27,378 nt of DNA from a virus, in the IMG/VR virus record IMGVR_UViG_3300037722_000380, positions 1 to 27,378 of that record, one strand, 5' to 3'. Each line of letters opens with the position of its first letter. Position 1 is the first letter of the stretch. This document shows positions 1-8,103 of the stretch, in pieces. The position numbers and the translations under genes are program-made. The notes under the pieces are model-generated. The model was not told the origin of the DNA. It saw nothing but the letters and a program-made list of their open reading frames with translations, and searched no databases.

Positions 1-93
1 GATAGCCAAAGCAGTAGGGCCGCAAAAAGCATCATAGGCGGAATCGCGCGGACCATGCGGAACGTTGCCAAAATTGGGACGATACGATTCCAT
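1..93 (-). CDS. 5' part of hypothetical protein (runs off window), MESYRPNF...CGPTALAI
   Basis: ATG at 93 preceded by GGAGTC RBS; open to the window edge; CGPxALA is weakly reminiscent of C39-like peptidases. Confidence 0.5.
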   Translation of the reverse strand, partial: MESYRPNFGNVPHGPRDSAYDAFCGPTALAI

Positions 94-121
94 AATCCGA
101 GACTCCGCCTATGGCTTCCGG

Positions 122-367
122 TCACCGCTTCAAACCATGATGCGCTACAAATTCGGCCGCATTATCGCGCCGTGACTGGTACTCTATGCCCTTTTCCGGG
201 TCAGGCTCATAGTCGCGCAAATCCGTATGAATGGGCGCGACGAGTCCGACATAGACTGCATAAAGTCCCGAATCATCGACCGTACAGACTGCGCAGAATT
301 CCGCGATAGCGATTCCGTCCGAACGTTGCGCCGGGATACCGGGAAAGTAGGAATTGATGATTCGCAT
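122..367 (-). CDS. hypothetical protein (81 aa)
   Basis: ORF track; GAGGAGTC RBS upstream of ATG. Confidence 0.7.
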   Translation of the reverse strand: MRIINSYFPGIPAQRSDGIAIAEFCAVCTVDDSGLYAVYVGLVAPIHTDLRDYEPDPEKGIEYQSRRDNAAEFVAHHGLKR

Positions 368-368
368 A

Positions 369-610
369 GAAAGACTCCTCGATTGCGTTGTATCACTCTA
401 GCCGAATAGGTGTTAACAAATAGTTACTGTCCCTCTTTAATACGGAACGTGCGATCCTGGCGCATTGCCCATGCCAGCATTGGATTTGTGCGGATATCGT
501 CGGGAAACCGAAACTTTCCCGCATAGCGAATCGCACCAATTCTATGAAGGCGAAACCATGCCAGCATGAAATCTTGGTCATTGACCATTGGAAAGACTCC
601 TCGATTGCGT
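369..610. repeat. 21-bp direct repeat GAAAGACTCCTCGATTGCGTT at ~369-389 and ~590-610 (duplicated translation-initiation leader)
   Basis: Exact repeat seen; each copy lies immediately upstream of a minus-strand start. Confidence 0.85.
424..588 (-). CDS. hypothetical protein (54 aa, MVNDQDFMLAWF...KEGQ)
   Basis: Read by hand; ATG correctly spaced from GAGGAGTC RBS; internal MLAW repeat; preferred over track ORF 393..581. Confidence 0.6.
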   Translation of the reverse strand: MVNDQDFMLAWFRLHRIGAIRYAGKFRFPDDIRTNPMLAWAMRQDRTFRIKEGQ

Positions 611-822
611 TATACCACTTTCGGCCGTAGCAATAATCCCATATTTAAGATTGTTTTACGCAAATCTTCGCGGACTTCAAACTCCGTTCTAGCATAACAA
701 TCGGCAATAAATCTCGCAGTAATTGTTGGTGAACTATCTTGATTTGCGCACCATGAGTTATCATCGTTTCGCGCAAGCCAGCGAAGGGCGGAGCGATATC
801 CAAAGGATTTTGTTCGTACCAT
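610..822 (-). CDS. hypothetical protein (70 aa, MVRTKSFG...)
   Basis: 3' part of track ORF 610..987; start at ATG after GGGAGTC RBS. Confidence 0.65.
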   Translation of the reverse strand: MVRTKSFGYRSALRWLARNDDNSWCANQDSSPTITARFIADCYARTEFEVREDLRKTILNMGLLLRPKVV

Positions 823-835
823 TCGAGTCGACTCC

Positions 836-1039
836 CTATGCAATGCCGAGTCGTTCAAGTTCCGTCGTGGCGCGATTCGCCACGTTGTCCCAAACCCGGA
901 CGTGTTCGCCGATGCGCTCATAGCGTCGCGCCAGGGTATCGGCCGCGCCCGAAGTCGCGGACGTGGCGACTGTGTACCACGGCGCAACGTGTTCCCCCTC
1001 GCCGATGCGCGCGCATTGAATGGAAAAGCGATTAGACAT
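836..1039 (-). CDS. hypothetical protein (67 aa, MSNRFSIQ...)
   Basis: GAGGAGTC RBS; packs with neighbours. Confidence 0.65.
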   Translation of the reverse strand: MSNRFSIQCARIGEGEHVAPWYTVATSATSGAADTLARRYERIGEHVRVWDNVANRATTELERLGIA

Positions 1040-1052
1040 TGGTTCGACTCCT

Positions 1053-1271
1053 CTACAGTCCAAAATCATGTTCGGAAATCAGCATCGACTCGGCAGTCGC
1101 GATAGCGTCCGCCTTGTCGGCCGTGAAATAGTCCGAGTCGGGCTTGCGCTTGCCGTTGTCGGTCACTTCGGCGATATACTCGGCATAGTCCGACTCGTAC
1201 ACAACTCGAACCTTACGGGCTTCTCCGCCCGGTGACGTGCCATAGAGATTAGCGATTGTGCGCTTTGACAT
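1053..1271 (-). CDS. hypothetical protein (72 aa, MSKRTIAN...)
   Basis: AAGGAGTC RBS; 3' part of track ORF 1053..1451. Confidence 0.7.
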   Translation of the reverse strand: MSKRTIANLYGTSPGGEARKVRVVYESDYAEYIAEVTDNGKRKPDSDYFTADKADAIATAESMLISEHDFGL

Positions 1272-1293
1272 TGGTGCCGACTCCTTCAAGCGA

Positions 1294-1476
1294 TTATCGA
1301 CGGTCACAACGCGCGTCATTCGCACCGGCCCTATACCCTTCGGTATAATCGAAATTAGCGAATGGCTTGTGCAGCGGATCGCCGGACGCGGTTTCGTGTT
1401 CGCGGCCGAAATAGCCGTCATAATAGCCCCGTCTATATGAACAAGAAACACGATTCAAAGTATTTGGGTCTAGCAT
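1294..1476 (-). CDS. hypothetical protein (60 aa; Y-x-x-G-Y-x-x-G repeats)
   Basis: GGAGTC RBS; ORF track. Confidence 0.65.
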   Translation of the reverse strand: MLDPNTLNRVSCSYRRGYYDGYFGREHETASGDPLHKPFANFDYTEGYRAGANDARCDRR

Positions 1477-1509
1477 GGGGCGACTCCAGGTTCAGGGACG
1501 GGCGCTAGG

Positions 1510-1650
1510 CTAGAAGTCGCGCCGCGCAACGGCGTCCGCCACGTTCGCCAGGGTATCGGCCGCGCCATACAGCGGGGCGAACATGCCGGGGATATCAAGC
1601 GAGCCAGCGACCATGGCGATAACTGCGACCGCGAGAAGAAGCTTGAACAT
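1510..1650 (-). CDS. small membrane/secreted peptide (46 aa, MFKLLLAVAVIAMVAG...)
   Basis: Read by hand; AAAGGA RBS; hydrophobic N-terminus; first gene of the leftward array. Confidence 0.55.
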   Translation of the reverse strand: MFKLLLAVAVIAMVAGSLDIPGMFAPLYGAADTLANVADAVARRDF

Positions 1651-1859
1651 GGCGCATTTCCTTTCGACCGATCCAATAAAGACACTCTATAGGAGTCGGG
1701 AGTCGGAGTCTAGAACTATCGCAGGTGATTTTAGATATTATTCTCGTTGCAAATCAATGGGTTCAGGCGTATCGCTGCGCGAGATTTAGCGGGCCGCGCC
1801 TATTTCCGGTTATGAGGGATAATTATAAATTCCTATCGGAAAAACTTGAATGGAAAAAG

Positions 1860-2117
1860 CCTTTAGAATCAATATTCCGTTGACAGGGAAGGAAATACAG
1901 TCGGGAAAATAGCGGTCATTGATTCTAAAGGGGAATTCCTTTCCAAAAGATTTGGAAAATTCTTGGTCCTATAAAACTTTCCGAAACTTTCCGGAAAGGA
2001 ATTCGGCTTTGAAATCAGTATATTGGAATTTCCGGTAATTAGGAAGAAAAACTTTCCGACGTTTTTTGAAAATGCGAATCGCTTGGAAAGGAATCGGCCT
2101 TTAGAATCAACGGTTTA
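1860..2117. repeat. iterated CCTTTAGAATCAA motif (1860-1873, inverted 1918-1931, 2098-2110), AAACTTTCC repeats and IHF-like sites
   Basis: Repeats seen directly; AATCAACGGTTTA (2105-2117) matches IHF consensus WATCAANNNNTTR; AATCAGTATATTG (2013-2025) is a near match. Confidence 0.65.
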
Positions 2118-2334
2118 CAAAAACTTTCCAGTTTTCCGACCCCTCTATTCTGCTAACGCAGGAAACGCTGCGCTTGCGCTGCGCGTTGTTTCCTTGCGTG
2201 ACGCAGATTAATACCGTTTATCTAAAAATCGCTCTTACTGGCAAGGAAGGGGATTAGAATGAACTAAATCCCTGGCGAGAAAGGCAGGATTCCATAAGAT
2301 TACGATTTTTGTAAAACGTTTTGAAATATAATTT

Positions 2335-2396
2335 CGTCGTGGTATCCCGAATTGAAATAATGTTGCGTCGCGGTATCTCGGATTGAAATAATGTTG
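2335..2396. repeat. two tandem 31-bp units (CGTCGYGGTATCYCGRATTGAAATAATGTTG)
   Basis: 2335-2365 and 2366-2396, 3 mismatches. Confidence 0.85.
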
Positions 2397-2419
2397 CGCC
2401 TTCCGCCTGGGAGTGGCAA

Positions 2420-2940
2420 AATTAACCATTCGTTAACCATGTTTAGGTATCCAGAGACGTATATTATATGAGAATTGATATCTGATATATCATTTTAATT
2501 AATATTCATTACGAATTTCGTAATTCGCCAGGGTCTGCCTAGTAAAACAGCCCATATTAACCATAAAAACGGGTGAAAAAGGTTAATTTATTAAGTTAAA
2601 ATGATGCAAATATTAACTTCTCCTTAAGGTTAACGCCTTGGGCCTACTTCTTTACTTAATATGTTAAGGTTAATACGAATTCATCATGAAGAGAGGATTA
2701 AGGTTAACAATATTGGTTAATTTCTTAACTTAACATATTAAGTTAACGCCCGCTAACCGCCTTGTCCTTTAACTACTTGTTAAGGTTAACGTGAAACTCA
2801 TGATTGTTAACTAAAGAAATAAACCTAACATCTTTACTTAATATATTAAGGTTAATATTTTAACTATCAATATAAATCATTAACTATTCATTAACCTTAA
2901 TGATACATTACCCCGTCTTTACTTTAAGTTTTAATTTAAA
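2420..2940. promoter_or_regulatory. AT-rich block with clustered CtrA-type sites
   Basis: TTAA-N7-TTAA at 2422-2436, 2613-2627, 2769-2783, 2880-2894; TTAACCAT at 2422, 2433, ~2558; TTAAGGTTAA five times plus one inverted copy; 27-bp near-repeat 2649-2675/2831-2857. Confidence 0.6.
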
Positions 2941-3249
2941 ACAGGCCGGGGTGGGGTGTCCACCAGCATCCGGCCGTGACCTATTTTTGAGGGATTGTTG
3001 ACCAGAGCGGCAAGCCCGCCCCCGTCTAATCCTTTGAAATACCAGTGATTTTCAGGAAAAAACCGGCCCCCGATTTAGTTTTGGAAGTCAGCCGAAGGTC
3101 GAAAATGGGTGGATTTGGGTGAAAAATCGGGTATTTTCCCTTGACTTCGTGAAAAACAGTCTTATCTCCCGAAAATTGATCTTTTCCAGCCCTTATCCCT
3201 CGAAAGCTCTCCCCCCGCTCATTTTTCTGCTGTTAACCATAGATTTTTC

Positions 3250-3278
3250 TTGCTTTTGGCCCCGAGCCGTGGTATAAG
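3250..3278 (+). promoter_or_regulatory. sigma70-type promoter for the rightward accessory array
   Basis: TTGCTT-N17-TATAAG with TG extension; TTAACCAT just upstream (~3234). Confidence 0.6.
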
Positions 3279-3302
3279 ACCACTGAAAATGGAGAAGAGA
3301 CG

Positions 3303-3494
3303 ATGATGCTTGGATGGACCTTGGTTCTAATTGTCGGCATCGTGGTGGGCCTCTTGGGCCATTACGTCAGCCCTGAATGGTGGGCGTCGATTTTGATTGA
3401 AAATGAAACAAGGTGGGTTGCGATACTCGGAGCGTTCGTCGCAGCGATAGGGCTTCTTGGTATGATCGGTGAATCCGACGATGGGTACTACTAA
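3303..3494 (+). CDS. small membrane protein (2 hydrophobic segments)
   Basis: GGAG RBS; hydrophobicity pattern. Confidence 0.7.
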   Translation: MMLGWTLVLIVGIVVGLLGHYVSPEWWASILIENETRWVAILGAFVAAIGLLGMIGESDDGYY

Positions 3495-3673
3495 TGTTTA
3501 CCCTCATGGCTGTAGGCCGGTATAAGGATTCGTTGTTCGTGAGCTTCTATGCCATCAATTGGGAGTGGGTGCTAGGTTTTCACTTCATGTACTGGTGGAA
3601 GCCGTTTGTCGAGCGTGGCCCCTCGAATTTCATGCTACGGTTCGGTCCGCTTTTCGTGCGGCGGTGGAGGTAG
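3494..3673 (+). CDS. hypothetical protein (59 aa, MFTLMAVG...)
   Basis: Read by hand; TAATG stop/start coupling. Confidence 0.5.
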   Translation: MFTLMAVGRYKDSLFVSFYAINWEWVLGFHFMYWWKPFVERGPSNFMLRFGPLFVRRWR

Positions 3674-3675
3674 AT

Positions 3676-3855
3676 ATGGATTTTACAGAATGGCTTGACC
3701 GGGCTAAATCTTATGCGGTGCATCAAGGTGTCGCGTGGCATGATCTTGAAATGTGTTTTAGTTTCAACGACCCCGCATGGCGGGACGCTTTTGACGAGGG
3801 TATCGCCCCTGAAGAAGCTGTTAAAGAAGAGATGTCCTATTGGGAAGTTGGATGA
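3676..3855 (+). CDS. hypothetical protein (MDFTEWL...)
   Basis: GGAGGT RBS; 3' part of track ORF 3559..3855. Confidence 0.7.
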   Translation: MDFTEWLDRAKSYAVHQGVAWHDLEMCFSFNDPAWRDAFDEGIAPEEAVKEEMSYWEVG

Positions 3856-4187
3856 TGTCTGGTCATTTTAATCGGTTAACTCCTGCCCAACTTGAGCGTC
3901 TTACTCTTGTCGTAGAAGAATGCGCCGAGGTCCAGCAGATTATCGGTAAAATTTTGCGGCACGGTTATGAATCATATCATCCTGACAACACTCATGACGA
4001 CAATCGCGCTTTACTTGAAATAGAGATGGGCGACTTGAACTTCGCGATGGACCTGCTTGTGCAGACGGACTTATCGACTTGGAACGTTCGGAAAGCCGCG
4101 ATTGACAAGTCTCAGCGGGTGGGTCAGTACCTCCATCACAACTTCGATGTCGCGTGGCCAAGTCCGAAGTCGGGAGACGAAGGATGA
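3852..4187 (+). CDS. MazG-like all-alpha nucleotide pyrophosphohydrolase
   Basis: EECAE...KILRHG...EMGDL acidic metal-binding motif pattern; ATGA coupling. Confidence 0.75.
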   Translation: MMSGHFNRLTPAQLERLTLVVEECAEVQQIIGKILRHGYESYHPDNTHDDNRALLEIEMGDLNFAMDLLVQTDLSTWNVRKAAIDKSQRVGQYLHHNFDVAWPSPKSGDEG

Positions 4188-4522
4188 ACCTGAACGAGTT
4201 TTATCGCGAGTTCGCTACCGTCGCTAAGCGGATGAGACGGGATAATCGCTTTCCAGGCAAGCCGGATATTCGGTTAGTCTTCAAAAGCGCGGGCAGCATT
4301 GGCGCGCGGTGCTATTGTCCTATAACCGCCGTTGCGTATCATAAGACTAGGAGGTGGTATCCGACGACCGATGCTCATGGTGCTGGAATGGCGGTGGGGC
4401 TCTCTATTCATCAAATTTTGTATATCATAGGGGCAGCCGATAAGCTGTTTTCTCCAATACCACGGGAACGGCAAATCCGTAAGAGGCTCACAAATATCTT
4501 GACACGGGCGAAGAAGTTGTGA
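4184..4522 (+). CDS. hypothetical basic protein
   Basis: GGAG RBS, ATGA overlap. Confidence 0.65.
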   Translation: MNLNEFYREFATVAKRMRRDNRFPGKPDIRLVFKSAGSIGARCYCPITAVAYHKTRRWYPTTDAHGAGMAVGLSIHQILYIIGAADKLFSPIPRERQIRKRLTNILTRAKKL

Positions 4523-4625
4523 TACAGGGGTTCGTCTTCATGATAGCCACGGCGCTGCTTCTCTTGGCGTTGTTCGGCGACCCGTCGCAACCGCCAGCGT
4601 CGATGATCGGGATTGGCCGGGGAGC

Positions 4626-4847
4626 ATGATCGTGTCTATTGCTGAACAATCGGACCACATACGGGCGGGCGATTTTCTTCGGAAGCTGTCGTGGAGTTAC
4701 GATTGGCTGCACCCCGATGTAATAGATAGGCTGGCGGCTGAGTTCGCTGAAGTTCGGCAGGAAGAGCGTGAGATCGTTCGTAATCGGAATGGGACATGGG
4801 CCTCTTGGAAACGGCTGATAGATGCTCTTCGGAAATCGGGAGATTGA
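4626..4847 (+). CDS. hypothetical protein
   Basis: ORF track, GGGGAG RBS. Confidence 0.55.
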   Translation: MIVSIAEQSDHIRAGDFLRKLSWSYDWLHPDVIDRLAAEFAEVRQEEREIVRNRNGTWASWKRLIDALRKSGD

Positions 4848-4848
4848 C

Positions 4849-5019
4849 ATGACCTTGCATGTTTTCGAAGTCGTGTACGCAGGTGAGTTGAGCGGCAAGA
4901 AACTGATCGTCGCGCCCGATGCAAAGGCGGCGATACACGTATTCAACATGACGAAGGCCAGTATTGTCAGCGTTCGTAGCTTGGGCACTGTCGATACCGT
5001 TGTTGAAACAGAGAACTAG
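4849..5019 (+). CDS. hypothetical protein (MTLHVFEV...)
   Basis: GGGAG RBS; packing. Confidence 0.55.
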   Translation: MTLHVFEVVYAGELSGKKLIVAPDAKAAIHVFNMTKASIVSVRSLGTVDTVVETEN

Positions 5020-5021
5020 CT

Positions 5022-5288
5022 ATGACGAACGAAGACCTAGACCGGTTGCAAAAAGTCGCGGAGCAAGCAACCTCTGGTGAATGGGAATCCACCGGTTTAA
5101 TCGACGTAGAACAACATCAGAGGGGCTATCGAGTCAGGTCGAAGGTTGGGAAAATTCTCGTTTGTCGCGCGCCGGGTTCCTCACTAGCTGACAGCAACGA
5201 TATACGGCACATTGCCGCTTTCGACCCCCCTACTGTTTTCAAACTAATTGCGATGGCTCGTCACGCTGTCGTTCAGACGGAGAAATAG
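5022..5288 (+). CDS. Ead/Ea22-like protein
   Basis: L..VAEQATSGEW ... HIAAFDPPTVFKLI signature. Confidence 0.7.
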   Translation: MTNEDLDRLQKVAEQATSGEWESTGLIDVEQHQRGYRVRSKVGKILVCRAPGSSLADSNDIRHIAAFDPPTVFKLIAMARHAVVQTEK

Positions 5289-5290
5289 CC

Positions 5291-5773
5291 ATGAAAATCG
5301 ACCGGTTACTGAAGACGGCCCGCGCTATCCAGGACCAGAAGTTCGAATTCGACATGTGGTCGGATAAGATAGCTGCGTGCGGCACTGCGGGTTGCGTCGC
5401 AGGTACGATAGCGGCGCTGTATCCATCTGCACGGACTCTTACGCGGCGCGGCAAGCGGTCTCCCCGGCATTGGGATGACATATCGGTGGGGCTGGCACTC
5501 GGTTTTAATATGTCCGACGAAAGTAGCTTTGTCGATGAATCGGGCGACTGGCACTTCAGCGAAGGTTTCAAGATTACTGACGCGTTGTTCTATGGTGATA
5601 ATACGGTAGACCTTGACGATATCACGCGCTGGATGGCTGTCGATACTCTCGTCACTTTGGCCCGCACGGGTAAAGTCGTGTGGCGGAAGGGTATCACCCA
5701 GGCTCAGTCCGAGCGTCGGCTGAAGCGCCTTGAAGAGCGGTGGAACCTAAAAGAGCCTCGTATTGGCGGGTGA
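5291..5773 (+). CDS. hypothetical phage protein with CGTAGCVAG motif
   Basis: GGAG RBS; 160-aa ORF. Confidence 0.75.
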   Translation: MKIDRLLKTARAIQDQKFEFDMWSDKIAACGTAGCVAGTIAALYPSARTLTRRGKRSPRHWDDISVGLALGFNMSDESSFVDESGDWHFSEGFKITDALFYGDNTVDLDDITRWMAVDTLVTLARTGKVVWRKGITQAQSERRLKRLEERWNLKEPRIGG

Positions 5774-5777
5774 CGTA

Positions 5778-6017
5778 ATGTACAACGCAGCTAATCCTTG
5801 GCGTAAGATTGAAAGCGCCCCGAAGAACGAATGGCTCGAAGTTTGCGGGGCGAGCGGGACCGGCTCTTTTCCATGGTTCATCGCTATTGCCAAATTCGAT
5901 CCTGACTATCATCCGCGCGACCCCTGGATGGATATACATTGGTATCCGCTGTCTGATCCCGGCTGGAAGCCTCTCTACTGGCGCAAGGTTTCGTCATTTC
6001 CGAGGAAAGAACCATGA
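5778..6017 (+). CDS. hypothetical protein (W-x-x-I-E-S-A-P-K, DUF551-like)
   Basis: WRKIESAPKN...PLYW motif common in small phage proteins. Confidence 0.6.
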   Translation: MYNAANPWRKIESAPKNEWLEVCGASGTGSFPWFIAIAKFDPDYHPRDPWMDIHWYPLSDPGWKPLYWRKVSSFPRKEP

Positions 6018-6202
6018 ATTATGAAGATGAAGAAATTGTGAGGGCTATTCGGGCTCAAGTAAACAAGTTGAACGATATGTTCGTACACGCCGCAGATCGG
6101 AGTATTCGGGTTGAGGTTGTTATCCATCCGATACACTCAGTACGCTGGCCCGAGGGACTTTCGGTTCCTCAAATTCACGGCGTATTGTCGAAGATACTCT
6201 GA
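6014..6202 (+). CDS. hypothetical protein
   Basis: GAGG RBS, ATGA coupling. Confidence 0.65.
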   Translation: MNYEDEEIVRAIRAQVNKLNDMFVHAADRSIRVEVVIHPIHSVRWPEGLSVPQIHGVLSKIL

Positions 6203-6519
6203 TGCCTAGCACGACTCCAGAGCGCCTAGCCCGGTGGGGTACTAGCGACAGCGCGGTCATCAAATACCTTGAAGATCGCGGGTATGTTCTCAATGGCGAT
6301 TGGACGTGGACCCTTAAGCCCTGGCGCGATCCGACTGAAGAAGAAATCGACGCGATGATATATCTCATGGAAGAGTGGGACTTCGGCTGGTTCCGGGAAG
6401 ATAGGGTAGACCTCTCGATATGGGAGTTGCGTGGATGGATACACCGGCTTCGCGAAGGTCATATCGAAGAAGTTATTGGTGATATCGAATCTAGTTTGAG
6501 AGCTAACGGTCATGACTGA
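6202..6519 (+). CDS. hypothetical protein
   Basis: TGATG coupling. Confidence 0.65.
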   Translation: MPSTTPERLARWGTSDSAVIKYLEDRGYVLNGDWTWTLKPWRDPTEEEIDAMIYLMEEWDFGWFREDRVDLSIWELRGWIHRLREGHIEEVIGDIESSLRANGHD

Positions 6520-6687
6520 CTTTTCTTACAATGATTTTGGCGAGGATGGGTACACGCTCGTCGCGATCAAACGAGAATGGGTGCCTGAATGGCTATGGTC
6601 ACTCTTTTGCGCCGATTTATGGCTTTTACCCAAAGGTATTGCAGCATACCAACCTTTAAGGGTCATCTTAACGAAAAAGATTGCGTC

Positions 6688-6915
6688 ATGACTAACCCAC
6701 TTCGTAAAGATATCGTCGGTATGTCTATGCCGCATGACATGTTGTGGCGTGTGACTGCTCCGAATTTCGTTGCGGGGTTCACTGAGTATAACGGCGAGAT
6801 CACCGGGGCTGCACCGATTATCCGGTGGTTAACGCGTGGAACAGCCTCGTGGGCTAAGCAGCAATGTATTCAGCGTGGGTGGAAAGTTGAGTTCGTGGAG
6901 GATCGTCTTGCCTAA
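6688..6915 (+). CDS. hypothetical protein (MTNPLRKD...; start uncertain)
   Basis: 3' part of track ORF 6589..6915. Confidence 0.5.
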   Translation: MTNPLRKDIVGMSMPHDMLWRVTAPNFVAGFTEYNGEITGAAPIIRWLTRGTASWAKQQCIQRGWKVEFVEDRLA

Positions 6916-7143
6916 TGCCCCTAAAGATACTCGGCCAACACTCGGGTTCTCCCTAGATGATGTTTTTGAACATGACCTTCATGTAATGAAAGCATTACGG
7001 GGATTGTTGGACATTGCTGAGACGGCAATGCCTGATACATATTATGCGACCGATTCTCGTGTTCGGCGGGCCAAGCGGCTGATGAATAAAATTCGGAGGC
7101 GCTGGGGTGGATACGGCGAGAAAGCAATTTGGAATATCAAGCC

Positions 7144-7368
7144 ATGAAGACGATCATCCACGTCAATCAAGCGGTCATCAAGGCCAATCGTAAATACGGG
7201 AAGGATGCTCCGGCTATCATCTTGCGCACCTATAAGGGGACGGTGGTTGTCCATGAAGCCGAGATTGTCGGCATGACCCGGATAATTCAACGACAAGATG
7301 ACCCGTTGTCCTGCGGTGCTCGCGTTTGGATTGAAACTGAAGACGAAGTTCGGATTGTGAGGGAATGA
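7144..7368 (+). CDS. conserved-type phage hypothetical protein (IHVNQ...PLSCGARVWIETE)
   Basis: Recognisable motif of a widespread uncharacterised phage family; ATGA coupling. Confidence 0.7.
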   Translation: MKTIIHVNQAVIKANRKYGKDAPAIILRTYKGTVVVHEAEIVGMTRIIQRQDDPLSCGARVWIETEDEVRIVRE

Positions 7369-7688
7369 TGAGGTATTGCGAGCATTGTCCAGATCACGAA
7401 GCCTGTCGGAATACCGGCTGCGGTTGGAGTCCAAATGACACCGTTCGGACGTTTGAGATTTCAGCCGACCAGCGCAAAAAGATTCATGACTGGTATACAA
7501 ACCTGAAGCCGAGTATCAAACAAATGCAGGGCTATCACGACCCTCTCGGGATTGATGAGCCCTACTATGGAACTATCGGCGGCGGGTTAACGTACTGCTT
7601 TACTCCCACAGGATTAGGTGATATCGTGGTAGTCCGGGAAGCGACGACCGGTGAGGAAATCAACGTGACAGATTACGAGAATTGGTGA
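7365..7688 (+). CDS. hypothetical protein (GTIGGGLTYCFTPTGLG motif)
   Basis: ORF track; coupling. Confidence 0.7.
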   Translation: MMRYCEHCPDHEACRNTGCGWSPNDTVRTFEISADQRKKIHDWYTNLKPSIKQMQGYHDPLGIDEPYYGTIGGGLTYCFTPTGLGDIVVVREATTGEEINVTDYENW

Positions 7689-7692
7689 CGAA

Positions 7693-8103
7693 ATGAGCAC
7701 ACCCTCCCTGCTACGGGGTCTTGCTGACAGCAGCACTCCGCTCATACTGCCGGATAGGAAGCGGCTAAACGAGCTTCTTCAGGAAGCTGCTACCCATAAG
7801 ATGACGCCGGAAGAACTTCGCGCGCAGAAAATATCGTGGGTTGCGGGTGAACTCGGTTTCGAGCATCCGGATTGGTCCGTGGATAAGTGCGTCGCGTTGG
7901 CGACGCGGGCGGCTGACGAGATGACCGTCTCGCAAACTCGGGCGGTTGACATTGATCATTTGAACCGTCTTTTACGTGATCGGGACAGGCTGTGGTGCCA
8001 AGCGGCGTGCATGGCTCTCAGTATTGACGATCTGAATAAGCTGTTAGTGCAATTCCAAACTCTTCGTCTGGAGAAAACCGATGAAAAAACGGACCTTAAC
8101 TGA
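7693..8103 (+). CDS. hypothetical protein
   Basis: 136-aa ORF; packing. Confidence 0.65.
   Translation: MSTPSLLRGLADSSTPLILPDRKRLNELLQEAATHKMTPEELRAQKISWVAGELGFEHPDWSVDKCVALATRAADEMTVSQTRAVDIDHLNRLLRDRDRLWCQAACMALSIDDLNKLLVQFQTLRLEKTDEKTDLN

Noticed and set aside
393-581. Track ORF MTKISCWHG...
   Set aside because: Alternative frame 424-588 has the correctly spaced RBS
1470-1685. Track ORF MSLLDRSK...
   Set aside because: Frame 1510-1650 has an RBS and a coherent hydrophobic N-terminus
2335-2940. CRISPR array
   Set aside because: Repeats are tandem or irregularly spaced without unique constant-length spacers; no cas genes
2420-2940. Protelomerase (hairpin telomere) site
   Set aside because: No long perfect palindrome found; the longest I saw is 17 bp
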